This document shows positions 51,413 through 53,966 of a stretch of DNA of 53,966 nucleotides, one piece after another. The position numbers and the translations under genes were made by a program. The notes beneath the pieces are model-generated. The model made no database searches, had not been told where the DNA came from, and saw only the letters and a program-made list of their open reading frames with translations. The stretch comes from a virus: positions 1 through 53,966 of the IMG/VR virus record IMGVR_UViG_3300043639_000022; one strand, written 5' to 3'. How positions within the stretch are numbered: the stretch's first letter is position 1; every line of letters starts with the position of its first letter.

Positions 51413-52236
51413 TCGGGGTATTTCAGAACGGCTTTAAGACCTGGTAGATCCGGTTCACCTTGAAACATTTCCATCGCGCTAAACTTGTCTCGCGCCTGAT
51501 CCCGTGATCCGTCGTACCCAGCAATCAGATCAACTGTGTCGCCTACTTGGATCACGCTTCTCATTGGCAGTTGCAGGGTAATGGCATTACCGACATTTGA
51601 TTTGATCTCCATCTCAAGTCCGTCGTTATCGCCGGCAGTCCATTCAGCCCTTCCATACGCAAAATAATCGTTAGCCTTCGCGGTTCCGCCGACCGTGAAA
51701 TTCATCCGATCAGTAACCACAGTCACAGTGCGAGAGAACGTGAACGCACCCATTGAGACGCCGAGGTCTTCGGGTCGACGGTTGCGATCTACTGGACTTG
51801 TCAGATCGCCAATCTCTTGAGTGAGAAGATCAGACAACGACCGAAACTCAACAGTAAACGTGCCGTTATTGATCGTGAACTTACCCGTCTGCCCTCTCAT
51901 CCGTCCAACTGATCCGAGTGCGAGATTCAAATAGTTCACATACTCGAAAGTGATTCTTGCGTTCTTCCACTTCCCGCCCTGCACGTCTTCTTCTGTCACC
52001 GTGTCATCAAACACGCCGAACAGTTCAACGTGGTTCGCCTCTGCAACACTTAGGGTCTGAGTAAAGCGGGACGGCTCAACAGGGGCAGCGGCATAGGCGA
52101 CTGAACTAAAGGTGAGATTGCGTGTATGCGCTGCGTAGGCTGCAACCGTACCGTCCGTCGCAACCATTTTCCAGACTGCGCAGAGCGTCGTGACGTTTGA
52201 ACCTAAGTGGTCGAGCATTCCTGCGCTGACTGTCAT
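51409..52236 (-). CDS. DUF2163 / BR0599-type tail hub protein
   Basis: LDHLGSNVTTLCAVWKMVATDGTVAAYAAHTRNLTF..VAY... and C-terminal GDTVDLIAGYDGSRDQARDKF...FQGEPDLP. Confidence 0.7.
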   Translation of the reverse strand: MTVSAGMLDHLGSNVTTLCAVWKMVATDGTVAAYAAHTRNLTFSSVAYAAAPVEPSRFTQTLSVAEANHVELFGVFDDTVTEEDVQGGKWKNARITFEYVNYLNLALGSVGRMRGQTGKFTINNGTFTVEFRSLSDLLTQEIGDLTSPVDRNRRPEDLGVSMGAFTFSRTVTVVTDRMNFTVGGTAKANDYFAYGRAEWTAGDNDGLEMEIKSNVGNAITLQLPMRSVIQVGDTVDLIAGYDGSRDQARDKFSAMEMFQGEPDLPGLKAVLKYPE

Positions 52237-52271
52237 TGGAGTGTCAGAGTAGCGGTAATGGCGGGTTTATT

Positions 52272-52301
52272 TTGACATCCAAGCTCGGATGGGCGTAGAG
52301 T
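52272..52301 (+). promoter_or_regulatory. Moron promoter candidate TTGACA-18-TAGAGT (near-leaderless)
   Basis: ttgaca (52272-52277), 18-nt spacer, tagagt (52296-52301). The ATG at 52309 has no SD. Confidence 0.4.
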
Positions 52302-52308
52302 TTGGTCT

Positions 52309-52758
52309 ATGAAGCCTCTACTTCTAATCCTAGCCCTCGCCACAGTCGCCGCCGCACAAGAACTCCAGTGGAAACCAATCAGAGAGATGTCTGGAGAGAT
52401 TCCCAATCATCCAGGCGTTACAGTCGAATTCTCTGCGGCTGAAATAGCGAGACGAGATGATGGAGTGAAACTGATTCTGCGAGCTGAGTTCCCGTGGGGT
52501 GCGCCTAGTGATCTCATTAAGGTTCCCGCATCAGAGTTAGATGTGACAAGCCTGTTCAGGTTTACGGGTCGAATGGATTTCAACTGCCGCACTTTAGTCG
52601 TTAAGCCTGACGGTGGTGGTGAGGCAATGCAGTTCAACGGGAAGAAGCACAAGACTAAAGAATCGCCCTTCAGCATTCCTCAGTCACACATCCTGTCGCA
52701 GTATTTCTGTGAACGTGGATCCGCACCAACCGAAGCACCAACACTGAAGCCTAAGTAA
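52309..52758 (+). CDS. Opposite-strand moron: secreted protein of unknown function
   Basis: Signal peptide MKPLLLILALATVAAA/QE; two Cys in the mature part. Inserted between the distal tail and hub genes. Confidence 0.6.
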   Translation: MKPLLLILALATVAAAQELQWKPIREMSGEIPNHPGVTVEFSAAEIARRDDGVKLILRAEFPWGAPSDLIKVPASELDVTSLFRFTGRMDFNCRTLVVKPDGGGEAMQFNGKKHKTKESPFSIPQSHILSQYFCERGSAPTEAPTLKPK

Positions 52759-53482
52759 TACCCAACTCAGCCGGCAGAATCTCGCACAACTGCAAGCCTT
52801 GAATATCTGAAGATACATCAGGCTTTAGTGAGAATTGATTCTGCATGAAGCGAACCGGAGTATCGTATTCACCCGACCACGAGATAACGACACCGTTTGC
52901 TGGTGCTGCCGAGAACGTGATCTTGCCAGTTGTATTGTCCACAGTGTACGCGGTAGTCGTCACGCCATTCTTTTTCACCGTGAACGCTGGAACTCCTACG
53001 CCTGTTGCGCGAGTGGAAGGAATAACTCGAGCGGTTGCGCCGTCATACTCATATAGAGCGACTCCACCACCACTCAAAAGAGCGTTAACGACCGGCTTGA
53101 TGATTCGTCGGATGTAGCTATGCGATGCGCCAGGACGTTTGTAGGTGCGGTAAAGAGGGAAGACCGCTGTAACTCCGTCACCTGTGCCTATTACTTCGTC
53201 AATCACGTAGAAGTCAGCATGTATAACGGCCCGAAAACCGTAAGCACTTCCTTGACCGCCACCCCAAAACTCAACGAAGTAATCCAGTTTGGCAGGGGTT
53301 AATAGATCAGTATGAAAGTCCCAAACGTGCTGAAAGTCGTAGCGCGTGACGTTGACTTTATAAATACCCGTCGCTGGATTCTTAATGAGCGTGTTCGCGT
53401 ACTGTGGCCCGCCTGAACCACCGCCCGCGGTAAAGATATTCGGGTCAAGTAAAATCTCGTCAAATAGATAAGTCACGGACAT
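52751..53482 (-). CDS. DUF2460 / TIGR02217-type distal tail protein
   Basis: FDEILLDPNIFTAGGGSGGPQYANTLI...YDFQHVW...LDYFVEFWGGGQGSAYGFR. Immediately follows the tape measure gene. Confidence 0.7.
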   Translation of the reverse strand: MSVTYLFDEILLDPNIFTAGGGSGGPQYANTLIKNPATGIYKVNVTRYDFQHVWDFHTDLLTPAKLDYFVEFWGGGQGSAYGFRAVIHADFYVIDEVIGTGDGVTAVFPLYRTYKRPGASHSYIRRIIKPVVNALLSGGGVALYEYDGATARVIPSTRATGVGVPAFTVKKNGVTTTAYTVDNTTGKITFSAAPANGVVISWSGEYDTPVRFMQNQFSLKPDVSSDIQGLQLCEILPAELGIT

Positions 53483-53966
53483 TAGGCGTTTGCTCCTTGA
53501 ATCGCTGCCATCATATCCCGCGCCAACTGTCGACGTGACTTAGGCGAACTGTAATTACCGCCGCGATCGGGTGGAAGGTTGATGCTGTAATTGTTAACGA
53601 CTTGCCCGCTGTTTTTCCTGCCAAACACTGTGGCTCCTGCTCGTCCACCAAAGACTACTTCAGGACGACCGCCATCTCCTGCGATACCCCATTGTCCCGG
53701 CGCAATGTATCCGCCGTCTGCAAACTTGCCCGCAAAAGCTCCTGCGGCTGACGATCCCGCCGCACCACCACCGCCGCCGCCTCCACCGCCTATACCTCCC
53801 GCAGCTCCACCAATCGCGGCTCCAAGAACGGTGCGGAATAGACCTTTCCAGAATCCACCACCGGAACCTGTTCCCACGTTGCCAAGCATGTCTCCAAGTC
53901 CTTCAGCGAGTCGTCTGAGAAACGATTGCTCAAGTACCTGAATCAACCCTTGAGCCATTGTCGCAA
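53482..53966 (-). CDS. Tail tape measure protein, C-terminal part (same gene as 1..1718)
   Basis: The track ORF begins at internal Met MAQGLIQVLEQSF, which is in frame with the upstream part via the overlap. Gly-rich tract GGIGGGGGGGGGAAG. Followed immediately by the distal tail gene. Confidence 0.85.
   Translation of the reverse strand, partial: ATMAQGLIQVLEQSFLRRLAEGLGDMLGNVGTGSGGGFWKGLFRTVLGAAIGGAAGGIGGGGGGGGGAAGSSAAGAFAGKFADGGYIAPGQWGIAGDGGRPEVVFGGRAGATVFGRKNSGQVVNNYSINLPPDRGGNYSSPKSRRQLARDMMAAIQGANA
53840..53966. repeat. Terminal overlap, copy 2 (identical to 1-127)
   Basis: Same 127-nt string as the window start. Confidence 0.95.

Noticed and set aside
53591-53941. Plus-strand 116-aa Pro-rich ORF
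   Set aside because: Antisense shadow of the Gly-rich tape measure C-terminus.
1-53966. CRISPR arrays, rRNA genes, transposases/IS elements, reverse transcriptase/DGR
   Set aside because: I saw no regularly spaced short direct repeats, no rRNA-like stretches, no transposase or RT motifs (such as YxDD) in any ORF, and no template-repeat/variable-repeat pair near the LamG genes.

Overview
The window is a complete, circularly closed genome of a temperate siphovirus-like phage. Bases 1-127 are identical to 53840-53966, giving 53,839 unique bp, and the tape-measure gene reads straight across the junction. About 46 kb is transcribed on the minus strand. From a Cro-like gene at 30151, the early-left operon runs through Erf, SSB, two HNH endonucleases, Xis-Int, a possible lysis cluster and a metallophosphoesterase. 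After a 490-bp structured non-coding region it continues into the late operon: TerS, TerL, portal, Mu-F/SPP1-gp7-like protein, scaffold, P22-like coat, connectors, tail tube, G/GT chaperones and tape measure. Across the junction it continues with an RcGTA-like tail tip (DUF2460, DUF2163, NlpC/P60, 1233-aa host-specificity protein) and a long fibre/carbohydrate-active cluster. A plus-strand early-right operon (32715-37978) encodes many small zinc-finger proteins plus NinG and Lar. The immunity region (29888-32714) has two divergent promoter regions that share operator-like motifs. The features most worth follow-up:
- a TPR plus Fis-HTH regulator divergent from a small exported peptide
- a 14-Cys exported peptide
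- phage-encoded PEP-CTERM proteins
- a glycosyltransferase-like gene in the head module
- four consecutive signal-peptide-bearing carbohydrate-active proteins after the fibres
- a promoter-to-terminator sRNA candidate
- a 20-bp-stem terminator inside the early operon
- two opposite-strand morons in the tail module

No rRNA, complete tRNA, CRISPR array or transposase was seen. All functional calls rest on motifs recognised by eye and on gene order; no homology search was possible.
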